DNA from: Tubiluchus corallicola
Lineage: Eukaryota > Animalia > Priapulida
Direction: 5' to 3'
Assembly (NCBI GenBank): GCA_030141605.1
Contig: JAQGDQ010000257.1
Location: 62,001 to 126,000, forward strand
DNA: 64,000 bases
This document shows positions 51,093-63,859 of this stretch, in pieces; positions within the stretch are counted from its first letter, which is position 1; every line of letters starts with the position of its first letter. A program made the position numbers and the translations under genes. Below the pieces are notes generated by a model. It saw only the letters and a list, made by a program, of their open reading frames with translations. It made no database searches and was not told the DNA's origin.

Positions 51093-51349
51093 AGCTTTAT
51101 TGACAAACAAAAGGTCACACTTCATTGCATTAACTAATAAGTTTACTGCAAGTTATGTAAAATATTTCTTGATCGTTTGAAGACGAAGATGTCTTTTCTC
51201 AAGATCGTTTGACAGTGTACAATCAATCACTTATCAACGGTGATGTTATAAGCCATGTAAATATAACTGATGTACGCGTAACAGATAGTGACAAGTATTG
51301 TTGTAAGGCAGTGAACCAATATGGCGGCGTAGATATAGAATATATTTAG
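51093..51349 (+). pseudogene. Decayed Dscam-like immunoglobulin-domain exon
   Basis: SFIDKQKVTLHCI (frameshift/stops) NIS*SFEDEDVFSQDRLTVYNQSLINGDVISHVNITDVRVTDSDKYCCKAVNQYGGVDIEY*. Confidence 0.72.
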
Positions 51350-51854
51350 AATTATTTAATTTTTAAATATCATACAGTCTTCTAATGTACACTAAGTACT
51401 ATAAACTGGTAACAGCTGGTGTCATGCTGAACAGCCGTTTCATGCCTAAATCATCAGAACACGTGGTTCATCGGTAACCTTAAACTTAATACGTATAATA
51501 AACACTCAGCTATGTTCTGCAGATAATATATTGTCTAATTGAATCTGACAAAACATGGCTTCCCCAGTTAATTTTGTTTTTTCACACAACATGCTAATAA
51601 TTTGGCGTCTGGTCCGAGAAATGTTTTCTTGTAAGTGATAGTTACCATTCACTTTGAGGTACTCAAAGTATAGTAGTACGGACAGGGCCGGGATATGACC
51701 TTTTGGGGCCCCTAGGGTAATGAAATTATGGGGCCGCCTCAGACGAAGCCACCCTCTAACTTGCTCTCACCCTCCTTGAATATTTTTTACTCGCGTTATA
51801 TTTTAGCGACATTTACATAGCTTGAAGTAAACCTATTGCAAATCTTTAAATAAA

Positions 51855-51965
51855 CTAGAATATATATATTTGTTTTTCAAAAAAATATTCTTCAAGAAAT
51901 GCCACCATTTTACTATATATATTTCTTGAAGAATATTTTTTGAAAAACAAATATATATATACTAG
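51855..51965. repeat. Near-perfect ~40-bp inverted repeat with 20-nt loop
   Basis: ATATATATATTTGTTTTTCAAAAAAATATTCTTCAAGAAAT / ATTTCTTGAAGAATATTTTTTGAAAAACAAATATATATAT. Confidence 0.9.
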
Positions 51966-53639
51966 CCTATAGGATAACCTGGTCCTGAGTTTGGTATGCA
52001 TTCATTGCTGACATGATTGTGCGTCGAAGCTTACTATAGATTGGCTATACAAGACCAGTGTTTCACCCATGGAGTTTTTGTATACCCAATGTAGTAACTA
52101 CGTCATGTAAGTGGTGCAGTTTTGAAACTTGTTTATCATGGCTGTATTTAATAAGAAAAGAGAAACCTCTTGTGCGTAAAATGAGTTGAAAATAGTTATT
52201 TAATACCAAGAGCCAGAAATCTTGCAAAAATGAACTTGAGCCCATTGCTGAGTAAAAATCTAATATTTACTTGTTAAGAATACATAGTCAGTTATGTGAT
52301 TATTATTGCGATACATTATGTTAAACACCAGTTTTAGGGCTGTTAGTCGGTGGTCGCCCCAAGATTAAGATTTGATATGGTTTGTACTACCACACTCGTT
52401 ATATAATGTTAAAATCTCTATATAGATATAACTTGAATGAACCTTCTATGTCAGCTGCTTGGGAAGAAATCATATCTTCTGGATCTGTCCTGTTGATCAA
52501 GGCAAAAATGAAGCCTTTCACTGAAATCCGGTTTTGCGCACCGGGCATTCGTGAGTCACTCGGTTGTTTACATCAATAATAATATTAGCGGCTTGTTTGT
52601 TTTTGAGCCGCGCGTTTTCTGTTTGTTTTCTGACCATGTTTCTCCTAGATTGTGCAACATCTGCTTGTGTTCTTGGCACACTTTTGACGGACACAAGCTG
52701 TTCTACATGCATGGGGATTTGCAATAAGATGGTTTGAGATGCTTTAAGACCATCCTGCATTCAGTAGGCCAAGTGTGATGCGGAAATGACGTCATCGGAT
52801 AAAATGACGATCAGGTCAATGTTGAAATTTGATTTGTTAATGTGAACGCTATTAAACTTGACAAGCCCATCAAATGATTATCTTATGGCGATTCTAAAAT
52901 CATTTCAAATATCAAAATATAATTGAATATACACCTGCTTGTATCCATTTTTTAAAGGTAAAGCATTACTGGTACTAGATCAGTGTACAGGTGATTCGCT
53001 AGAAGGCATTTAAGTATCATATATTTTCAGGAACTCTGAAATTGTGTTTCCCCTTTTTCTCCTGAATTTACTCAACTTCAGTAGAGACTTTTTTGAAATT
53101 TTGCCATGTCACTGGTATGAAACTAATCTCGGTAATCCAAAACAGCTTTCAAATCTTTGTTTTAGTGAAAGTATTACCAAACATTACGAGTGTTTCTCTA
53201 CTATAGAGTAAGTGCAAAAAGGTCAGTGCCCATTATTTGAGTGGTAGATTCATTTTTCTTTACATATATGGGAGTAATAAGAAAATGTTTGCCCACGTTT
53301 TAGTCAATAATTTTGCCGCAAAAAATTTGTCCTTCTTGCTAGTGTGTCGTGTATCTACAGGAGTCTATTCAAATAACAGTAAAAGACTGAATCCTTAAAA
53401 CGCTTGTATAATTAAAAAATATGTTCAGTGACAGTGTCATATGTACACTTCCACAATGTCAGTTGAGACAATTTTATAATATTCATCGTTTGATAAATAC
53501 CTATCTAGACTGTCATGTACAATTGACATCCTTACTACTTTGTAAATTGTATATAAAATTGTAAATATATAAATTTATTATTCTATTGCAATTTTTTGCT
53601 GTTTCAGATTTCTCAGTGTACATGGGGTCATAGTAAGAA

Positions 53640-53892
53640 ATGTCCCAGAACTGGAACCCAGGTCCCAATACTGCACCGCCCACTATCCCTCCTGGTGAAG
53701 ACATTGGTCAGAACTTGACATCGAGCAGTGCCAGTGTCAGTCCAAAGTCAGAATCCGGTGACAAGCTCGACACGAACGATGCCGAAGGTGTATGGTCACC
53801 GGATATTGAACAAAGCTTCCACGAGGCTCTCGCAATATACCCTCCTTGTGGAAGGCGAAAGATCATCCTTTCCGATGAAGGAAAGATGTACG
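53640..53892 (+). CDS. TEAD: TEAD first coding exon
   Basis: [38 protein letters not shown], donor G|GTAAGT. Confidence 0.95.
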
Positions 53893-56097
53893 GTAAGTGA
53901 AAGCGACGATGCCAATTGTTTTTAAGTTGATCAGCTGCCAGTTAAACTGAAATTCACTGCAGAAAGGATAGCAGTTTCAGTAGCTAATTGTAGTGCATGC
54001 ATATTGATTAGCCTCTTTTCTGACAGACTCCAGTGGGAAAACCATTTCATTGCATTACAGATAAATGTCTTTGCATCAAACTGTACTCAAATAGCATTGC
54101 AGATAAATGTCTTTGCATCAAACTGTACTCAAATAACTATTGTAATTGGTTGTTGACCGAGGTACTCACTGAACTGGAGATGGTGGATCACAAATCTGAT
54201 GCAAACTTTGTGCTAGTATATTTGTTTGCAGTTCCACGATGATCTCTTTTTCACAACGGCTGTAGGCAGGGTTTTCTCGAAAATGTCGCCATCGCCATCA
54301 TACATCCCATGTCCAAGATGACGGACCCAACGTCCCATTCCATTAGTCGACGCAGAACTCGCTCTAGTGCATTACTGTAAAGTTTTTCGTGACGATCCAC
54401 TACGAATTTTGGACATATTTTGAAAATAATGTTATCACCTGCCATCTTGAATTTGAAATGGCAAATCGAAAATCTCACTCCATCAACCGATGTCAATATA
54501 TTCATTCTAGTATATTTTTCTGAAGTTTCAAGACAATCAATTGCGAATATGTGGGGCTTTGGGCTTTTTCGAAATGTTTTCCCTCTAACAAGAACAACAA
54601 CAACATCCGGATGAGTAACGATTTGGTTCGATACTCGACCAAAAAGAATATTTTTTACATGGGTTATGGCACATTATCAGTTGGCAAGTTGAAGTTAGAG
54701 TTGTAATTCTTCTTATGATGACAGTGTGTGGGTCATTGATTGTACTTTACGCCTTCAGGGACTGGAGTGACAGTGCCGAAGAAGCACAGGACTATTAATA
54801 AACACTCTGTTCAGGTTTCAACCTTTTAAGACGGCAAACCCGGCTGTCAAGACTTTGGATCTTCCAACTATTCAAACTTTCCATCTGGGTTATTGTTTTC
54901 TTGGTAGCCTTGCTGCAGGCGCTCCTACTATGTATACCTGTCACGGCCTGGTCTCGTTATTACACCTGTATGATTGTATCTTATCCAAAACCGGTCGTCT
55001 AATAGCTTGTTACCTGTGGCGTGCCTGGCCAAAGAGAATCGTTTCTATTCAAAACTATTTTTCAATGCGAAGAATAAGAGGTCAAAATTAGGGATAGACT
55101 TCCAAACAGCATCTTCCTTCCGTAGATTCACTCAAGTTTACTGAATCTGGCACTCATTTTGCTAATTTGTTGCCTTGATTTGTCACTAAATTCATTTAAT
55201 TTTTCCTTAGTGATGTTCTGCTAATATCATTTTAAGCAATTAAAATGGGATTGCGTGAAAATAACATGTACATACTATAATTTAAAAAATTATTGAAATC
55301 ATTTCGTGACAATGTTGACTACTCTTCGTGCTTCGCGTGTAGTTAATTGCTTGCAAGCTATCTGTAGTAGTACGCCGTATTTACAAGCAGAAATGCTGTC
55401 TTTAGTTTGTAATAGGATAGGATTAAACTGGGGCAAAAACCGCCATACAACAGTTTGGTATTTTAGCAAAGCTAATGAGCATGGTTTTTGCTGGAGTTGT
55501 TTTTATAATAAGATACTTCGACCGCGACAGACGCAAAGTAATAAAAGTTTTTCTGCGCGCGCATTTTTTCAAACTATCTGAGAGACTTCCTTTTGAGGTT
55601 TGAGAACTTGTTAAATAAGAGGGTTGATGAGAATTTTAATTTCAGTTTCATTTTTTTAATTTATTTTTATATTTCGCATTTGGACACTACTTAGCAAACG
55701 TTTTGGGATTAAAAAATATGGACTTTTACAAAAATTTACATAGTATACAGTAAAACATTGACATCAGAAAAACTAATGCACAGATACTATGTAAAATAGA
55801 AACAGAATCAGTAGTTTAAGCTGGAACATATGATGCGCAGCAGCAGTTATTCTCGACGCTCACCTATCCACTTATTAACCAGATTTGGCTATTTTATACT
55901 TCACATCTAAACACACACACAAACACACCATGTTCACTCAACTATTCCTCGACTATAGTCAGAAAGTTATGCTTTGTACCTGAGTAGCGCAAATATAAAA
56001 ATCTCTGGATATATGACAATGAACTGCAGCAGCAGTTATTCTCGATGCTCACCTATCCACTTATTAACCAGATTTGGCTATTTTATACTTCACATCT

Positions 56098-56136
<39 letters not shown>

Positions 56137-59100
56137 ATGTTCACTCAACTATTCCTCGACTATAGTCAGAAAGTTATGCTTTGTACCTGAGTAGCGCAAA
56201 TATAAAAATCTCTGGATATATGACAATGAACTGCCTAGTAATGACCTCTTAACTTCTTCCACCTGATCAGTTAAATTGTGCAGTATGCTGACTCCTGGTC
56301 GTGATCAGATCGGAACAGCGTACTTTGTTTTTGTCACTCATTGTGTCGGTGTCCTTAGACAATGTAAGGGAGTTGGATCCGACACTTAATTCGTCAAGCT
56401 AGTCCCATAATCATGAGATAAGAACGGGTTAATGACAGGAGCAGCTATGTGGTAGACGTGACGTATCAGGTTATCAGCTGGAGTCATATGTGTGACGTGA
56501 TTTACCAAATCTTGTAGTCTACTAGAGTTATTTTATTTTAATACATTATTGTAAAGAGCAATAAATCTAGTTGAACGTAGGAGGCGTGTTTAGCAGTCCT
56601 AAAAGTATTTAATTAATCTTTACTACTTAAGCACTTTCAAGATGGGTTAAATAGAAATTTAAGTGCAATTTCGCTTCCATTTGCAATAAATTGTAGTGTT
56701 TGCGTTCTGTAGATCTTTTGATGCTTTTAGAAGTGCCTAGCATGTTTCGTAAGGTCAGCTGCATTTATTGGCAATAGTAAAAATTACAGCTAAGCTTTAC
56801 TTATACGCAAAAACTTGGATGGCTATCACTCCTCACCCCCCCCCCCCCCCACCAACCAATCTGCTTTCAGAAAGTGCCCTGCACGAAACTAAGAGTTCAA
56901 GAGAAGCTAGAGCCATGAATGTCATTCAGTAGATTTACTGTTGCAAGGAGAATTAAACTCTCTGACAAGTAATTTTGTACTGGTGAAACTGCTATTGAAT
57001 TTAATGGTGCATGTCAGCAACATAAAATCTTTTCATGCGAGCGAGTCGTTGGGAGCAGCGTGTCTTTATCTTCTTCTGTCCCCCTACCTCATCTAACAGC
57101 GCGTTTCTTTCATTGTCGTCTGATATAATAACGTTCTCCTATGCAAACTGATGGACAGCCGGGAAAGATGAAGTGAATGGAACTATTGTCCTCCTCACCA
57201 ACTCAGAGAATCTAAGTGTCCAATTTCGTTCTTTTGTATCCGCCTCGGCTTTTTTACGGGCTTAGGCCTGTAATTGACCACTTGCAAAATCAAACTTCCT
57301 GTTTAAGTTTCAAGTTCACTTTTAACCCTCCAAAAGTAATTCCTTTAAATGTGGACAAAACATGTTTGTACAAATACAGAAAAAAATATGTTTCAAGTTA
57401 GTAAACGAGTGAAAATTTATTTAAAGTCAAATTACTGAATAAGACACAGGCTCGTCTGCGCTTTTGAATAACTAAATATTATCTAGATCCATAATTATAT
57501 AAAATGTTTCAAAAATTATTGTGCATTCAAAACGATATAGTGAATTTGGCTACCATAATTCTTTATTGATGATCATCATCGCTTTCTTATCAATCAACAC
57601 TTATCATTATCATCATCGCGTTACGGCATTATCATTATAGTCAACTTATCATGTAAACTCTCCCATGCAACCTTGTGATTGTCCTCTTCATGTTCAAAGC
57701 AACTTTATTGTAAGATCACGCTACAGTACCCACGCAGACAACTTTCAATGTTATTCTAGCATTTGCACACAATGTTTAGCCCAACAAAACCGACTGCTAA
57801 CAGGCTCCTATTCGCTGATAGATTATTTTTCTTTCTTGTCTAATTGATGCCGTATTTACCTAGTTTTCGCCACTTAATAGCGGAGAATCTGTTTAGCTTT
57901 CTAGAAATAATACAGCCATTGTGCCGCCCCCTGGTGTGTCCCCTGCTGCTGTATTTTGATTTGCTATACAACTTGCTACAAGATACCACGTCTAAAGTAG
58001 TTTGCTGGCATTTGTGTTGCTTTGCTTTCCAGGTACTCAGAATAATATGGGCAACTGTACTTGAAATTTCTGCCCAATGTTAGACAACCAAGCTGTGTTT
58101 ATGCTAATGTTAGATACCACATGTGACTTGTTCAAATGTGATTGTCTGATCTTACAATTATAACTGTCTTAATCGCTTTAATTAATAAAGTTGACGTCAT
58201 TTTGTCCACTTTTCTTTAACGATACTTCAACTCATGTTTATACTTGTTTTTGTCTTTTACTCTCTGTTGCAATTAGATTCAGTTTGTTCAGTCTAGTATA
58301 TAGGGTTAATTTGGATCATCTGCTTAATCATCTTTTTTCCATTACATTCTATGAGCTCAGTTTAATATTGGACTCTTATATTATTAATTTTCATTACTCA
58401 CACGCCATCGGTTATTTCTCGATAACATTTGTAATTATCTGTTGTCAAGTGCCAGTAATGATTAGGTCCTCTTTATGTATTTATCATTGTCAGCTGGTAG
58501 TCGTGTTTCAATTTTTTTGTATGTATCTATGTATGTATGTAACTATATGTGTATGTATTCTATGGTTTTGATGTATGTATTTGTATATTTTATTTTGTTT
58601 TATTATTAATTTTGTTTGAGGTCAGTAAAATTTAATAATAATAGTAACAGTAATTCAGACCCAGAACTGATAAGGCATTATAATCTTAGACGACGTTTAC
58701 TATGCCATTTTATTAACAAATAATGATTTATTGGCGAAATATTTATATTAATGTTAATGTTAAAGTATTAATTACTTTGTGAAATGGGTCGCATTTATTA
58801 AACAGTTCTAAAAACGAAAGTTGGATGAAAAAAAATCTGAGAAACGTCAAAACTGATCTTCGATTCGAATCTGAGGCCTGTAAAAACGTCACTGACTCAC
58901 ATTCAGATGACTGCATAAGTGACCAGTCAGCGATTCATATTTGGACTCGTTACTTACTTTTTCACCTTTTGAAAAAAGTCAGTATGTGCAGAATACTTTG
59001 ATTTTCAGTAAGTAAATTTTTGAGTTTTGAAACTGGCCACTATATTTCATTGAATTCCGTGTTAGTTAAACCCTGAATCAAGGCGACATTCAGTTGACTT

Positions 59101-62100
59101 TATGGTTTCTTTTCGCGTATTTTTGTATTAAAGACAACGTTTCATAGGCTAGAAAACTGGTGATTGCTCTTGTTCAAGTTGTTACCATCATTTTTTTTTA
59201 TCAGAAATGAATTAATTGGTGGAGTTTTTGGTGTTTGTTATTGAAACGTTCGAGTGTGTTGACTTTGCTCCGTTGTGCTCACGTTTCTGAACTTACTGCG
59301 CTGAATTCGGGCAGTGGATTTTCTTGTGTGCCGTAGTAAAATGATTGGAATAGATGGCATACCTAGAAATACCTCGCCGACGATTTGTACAAGTGCCTAG
59401 CTCCATGACTCACTGGCTCTTCGTGCTGGCACGGACCATCGCATTCTGTAACTTCAAAGGGAGTAGCCATCAGCCAGGTTGATCTAAACAGCCATTAGCT
59501 GAAACTTCGTTACTTGGAAACCGTTGTGCGTGCACTTTTTTAACCAACGTACTTTCTGCCCGAATGCACAAATGTGCGTGGAGGAACTGTACTTCTGGTT
59601 TTTACTGCTGCATCATTCGACCTTCGCACCCCCGCCGTAGCAGTGCACAGTAGATAAACCTGATATAGCCTGCAGATATAACTTTAACTTGGTTCAAAGT
59701 TTACCTTGTTCAATGTTTTTGTGTGGGCGATACACGTATATTTAGTTTACTGTAGATGAGAACATTGTTATGTCGAGCTGGCAAAAAGTTTAGAAACGAT
59801 AAATACATAGCTACAGCCTACAGCATCGCCTTTTTTCCCCAGTTCGTAAACGAAAGTCAATTTTACTTAGAATAAAATTAATGTAGGAAGATTTAAGTTG
59901 ATGGGAAGTGCAACCTAGCGCTTTTTAGTGTTGGCGAAGCTGCAGTTATTGAGGTTTTTGGTTTAATTTGCTTTGAAATTCATCTTAACACACTTGCTCA
60001 GCAATTTGCATTTTTTGCTAAACTTGGCAATGTATCTACCGTAGATTGTACGCTAAACGCTGTTTAAAGATATAAGTGCAATATATGTTGTGGAAGATCA
60101 TAAATTCATCGATAATAGAGAGTTCCCACATTGCACTTTCCACTGTTTGTTCCATTTATTAAACATAATAAAATACACAAATCTTATGCCCAGCTTTCAA
60201 GGCTATAAAATTTGACTAGATAAATTTTAGATTCAGTTATCCATGCTTTCCTCCTTCCTCTAAACAAAGAAAAAAATCCTCGGAACTTTGTTGATTTATT
60301 TGTAGTAAAGTTCAAAAGTGAAGGAGTCGTAATATGATCAGCGTTGTTACGGACATAGGCTCAAGCGGCCTAGTCCTTGATTTTGCTGAACTGTTGCCCA
60401 CGGGCTTAATCTAAAGTTTTGAGTAAATCTTTCGTAATACGATTGTGTGATAGCCTACGCACCTTGCCTTTGGCAAAACTGACTTGTTTTTTTTATATCC
60501 GGAACTTGTTTTAAAACGTACGATATATGAGCAAAGGCCAATAAATCACAATCTTCATTTCTCGGAAGCAATGACATCATTATACTCAAGCTTTCCAAAT
60601 TTTCTCGATCAAGTGCTAATTAGTTACAGTGAGTAGACCAGAGATTAGATCGCTGCGGTGTTTAATTAGATCGTTCCAGTATTGTAATTGCTGTTGAATT
60701 ATAATCTGGTTGTTCGTTTTCCTGTTGTTTATTGAATCTGCAAATATTGAAATTAAATCGATTCAGAATCCCAAAAGTTCAAAAATTTCACAAGAAATTT
60801 AAGAGTAGTTTTATATTTGGCATACTGCATAATATTGAGAAATTCAGGTTTTTATAGCAACAATTAATCTTAAATAATGTCCGCTTAGCATGTGGCAAGT
60901 TTGTTACAGTCGACGTATTTCTATCTAACATTCGAAAATGCAGTTCATGAAAATTCTTGTCATAATTAGTAACATAGTTTTCAATTACAGATAAATGAGG
61001 TAATGCACTTAGCTTCTTTCCCTTATTTAAAAGCGGAAATATGAAATAAATTGTATGATATAATGGTAAACTGGTAATCATGATCAGTCAGCCCTTCTAT
61101 TGTCAGTTAATAACTTTAATAGGTGAGAGGGCGCGAGGTAATATATTGCAAATATGCTCGGAATGCGCAGAATGCAGCTTGATTGTGGAAGCCCTATTAG
61201 CGATTCGAAATCAATATTTGCTCAGGTACCTCTTCGTGAATGCATTGAAAGGGAAGCGCGGAGGAGGCAAGAGATAATATGCATCTGCGTGCGGGATAGA
61301 TTTCTTTGTTCTGTTCAAAAGGGCAGCAGGGAACATGTAGGATCGTCTTCCATTATTCCTGGTTATCGTGTTTTTCACAAAGAACAGGAAAATTGGGAAA
61401 GTTCTTATTTGTTCTGCTGTTACCTGTTCAGCGTTGTTTGTTATTCAGCAACTATTTTGAAATTGCATAAAAGTCGATAATACGCAGATAATTTGTGTGA
61501 ATATTATAAAAATTGTAGCAGTTGTAAATCTGCTGCAAAGAAAATTGAACTCTTATAATCGCAATCAGTCCTTTTTTAGCCGGTGGCCGTAATTAGTGTG
61601 TTTCGAATAGCAGTATAATTTTGGTACGAACAATGCAATTAATGATATGCTTTAGTGCTATTTTAGTTAATGTCTAAATCAATATCATATAAAATGTTCA
61701 ATAATTGCTGAATAACCAACCCGGCGTTGTTTGGTTGGTAGGCTTTCCATTCAATTTTTGAACATATTTTGTAATTTTTGTAAGTTTTAGGAGTAAACTT
61801 GTGTAGACATACTGTTCGTCTTCTGTAATATTTCACACTATGTAAAAGTTTAGACCAATAGTTTTTCATAATTAGCTAAAATGATGATAATGTTTAATCT
61901 TTCGTTTTAAAACACTTAGTTACATAATTGGGGTTCTGGCTGCAGGCAAAGTTTAACTTAATCAAAAGTACATACATTATATATCATATATTATTTTATA
62001 TATATATATATATACGTTGATACATCAATGATACTACCTTTCATATATGTTTAGCTAATACGATGTTACTAAGATTGTTAAAAATTATAACCAGAAAAAT

Positions 62101-63859
62101 ACATTAAATATATTAATTTCTAATGTGGGGTTCATCCATATTGTCCTGAAGCCATTCTATTTTGTAGTGTAGGCATCATCCATATTGTCCTGAAGCCATT
62201 CTACTTTGTGGTGTAGGCATCCATATTGTCCTGAAGCCATTGTACTTTGTGGTGTAGGCATCCATATTGTCCTGAAGCCATTGTACTTTGTGGTGTAGGC
62301 ATCATCCATATTGTCCTGAAGCCAATCTATTTTCTAATGTGGGTTCATCCGTATTGTCCTGAAGCCATTCTACTTTGTGGTGTAGGCATCATCCATATTG
62401 TCCTGAAGCCAGTTTATTTTGTAGTGTAGCCATCATCCATATTGTCCTGAAGCCATTCTACTTTGTGGTGTAGGCATCATACATATTGTCCTGAAGCCAT
62501 TCTACTTTGTGGTATAGGATATCCATATTGTCCTGAAGCCATTCTACTTTGTGGTGTCATCCATATTGTCCTGAAGCCAATCTATTTTGTAGTGAAGACC
62601 TCATCCATATTGTCTTGAAGCCAGTCTATTTTGAGTTTAGGCCTCATCCATATTGTCCTGAAGCCATTCTAGTTTGTATTGTAGGCCTCATCCATATTGT
62701 CCTAAACTCATTCTGTTTTGTAATTTAGGCCATCATCCATATTGTCCTGAAGCCATTTTACTTTGTAGTGTGGGCGTCATCCTTATTGTTGTGAAGCTAG
62801 TCTATTTTGTAGTGTCGTCGTGAAGTCATTCTGTTTTGTGGTGTAGCCATCATCCATATTGTCCGGAAGCCATTCTACTGTGCGGTGTAGGCATCATCCA
62901 TATTGTCCTGAAGCCATTCTATTTTGTGGTGTAAGTGTCATCTATATTGTCCTGAACCCATTCTGTTTTGTAGTGCAGATGTTATTCATATTATTCTGAA
63001 GCCAGTCTATTTTGTGGTCAAATCACTCTACAACCTTGTAATAAGGCGCCATCCTTATTCTTCTGAAAGCAATTTTTATAGTGTAGGTGTCTCATGTTGT
63101 TGTGACTCCAGAATATTTTGTAGTATGTGTCATGCATATTATTCTGAAGCCATTTTACTTTTCAGTAGTGTAGGTGGCACTCGTGTTGTTTTGTGACTGT
63201 CCCACATGCTTGTACTTTTTTTGCATAAAATTGGTTGGCTTATTTCCTTTCTTGGCCAAGGCTGATTGGTGTTTTAAAAATATTGTTAAGTAAACCTGCT
63301 GCATAAATATGATCATTCAGACTGAATCTCTAGTTAGTAATTACTCTTGCAAAAGTAAAGTTTGTCATGTGTTTTGTCTACTTAATTCTTTCGTTTTTTT
63401 TCTTTTAATGGACCATTCCCTGTATGCAGTTTGTATTGCATTGTGTTGTATAATGATTTAGTTAAGATTAATGGAATACAAGCGTATTGCTATCATTATT
63501 TTCTGGTTCCAAGGTACCAATTACGTCATGTGATCTTTGGAAGTACTAGCTGTGATTGTGCTAGTTTTGCTGGCCTACAAAATTATTATTAAATCTTGCT
63601 TTCGTCAAAGTCTAAATTTGTCAATTAAACATCTTATTTACTTCATACGAGTTATTTTCACTCATATGTGTATTGTGCTACAGAGCAATTCTTTAAAAAA
63701 TAGTATTTTTTCATTTCAGGTCGCAATGAGCTTATAGCCAGGTATATAAAATTGCGGACAGGGAAAACGCGAACACGTAAACAAGTGAGCAGTCATATTC
63801 AGGTGCTGGCGAGGAAAAAAGCTCGTGAACTTCAATCTAAGTTAAAAGTGCACAATAAT
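53640..63859 (+). CDS. TEAD: TEAD/scalloped (TEF-1) transcription factor, 5' part; continues beyond window end
   Basis: Exons 53640-53892 and 63720-63859 join (G|GT) to give the full TEA domain. Confidence 0.95.
54250..54645 (+). mobile_element. Non-autonomous element (Helentron/HINE-like)
   Basis: As above; ends in hairpin TTGGTTCGA-TAC-TCGACCAA followed by an A run. Confidence 0.5.
55837..56234. repeat. Recent ~190-bp tandem duplication containing a CA microsatellite
   Basis: Two near-identical copies GCAGCAGCAGTTATTCTCG...GACAATGAACTGC differing mainly in CA length. Confidence 0.93.
62119..63190. repeat. Minisatellite, roughly 25 x 38-41 bp
   Basis: Unit CATCCATATTGTCCTGAAGCCATTCTACTTTGTGGTGTAGG(CAT), decaying toward the right. 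Confidence 0.95.
63720..63859 (+). CDS. TEAD: TEAD second coding exon
   Basis: tttcag|[47 protein letters not shown]|gtaagc. Confidence 0.95.

Noticed and set aside
54745-55080. RTE-like LINE 3' remnant on the minus strand
   Set aside because: Only faint motif traces (RLPRK); too decayed to support as a feature.
57700-58580. Decayed CR1/L2 LINE (LLFAD, VLRII, GTAT tail)
   Set aside because: Motifs are too fragmentary to call without a profile search.
62119-63190. CRISPR-like array
   Set aside because: The variable segments are homologous to each other rather than unique spacers; eukaryotic intron; no cas genes.
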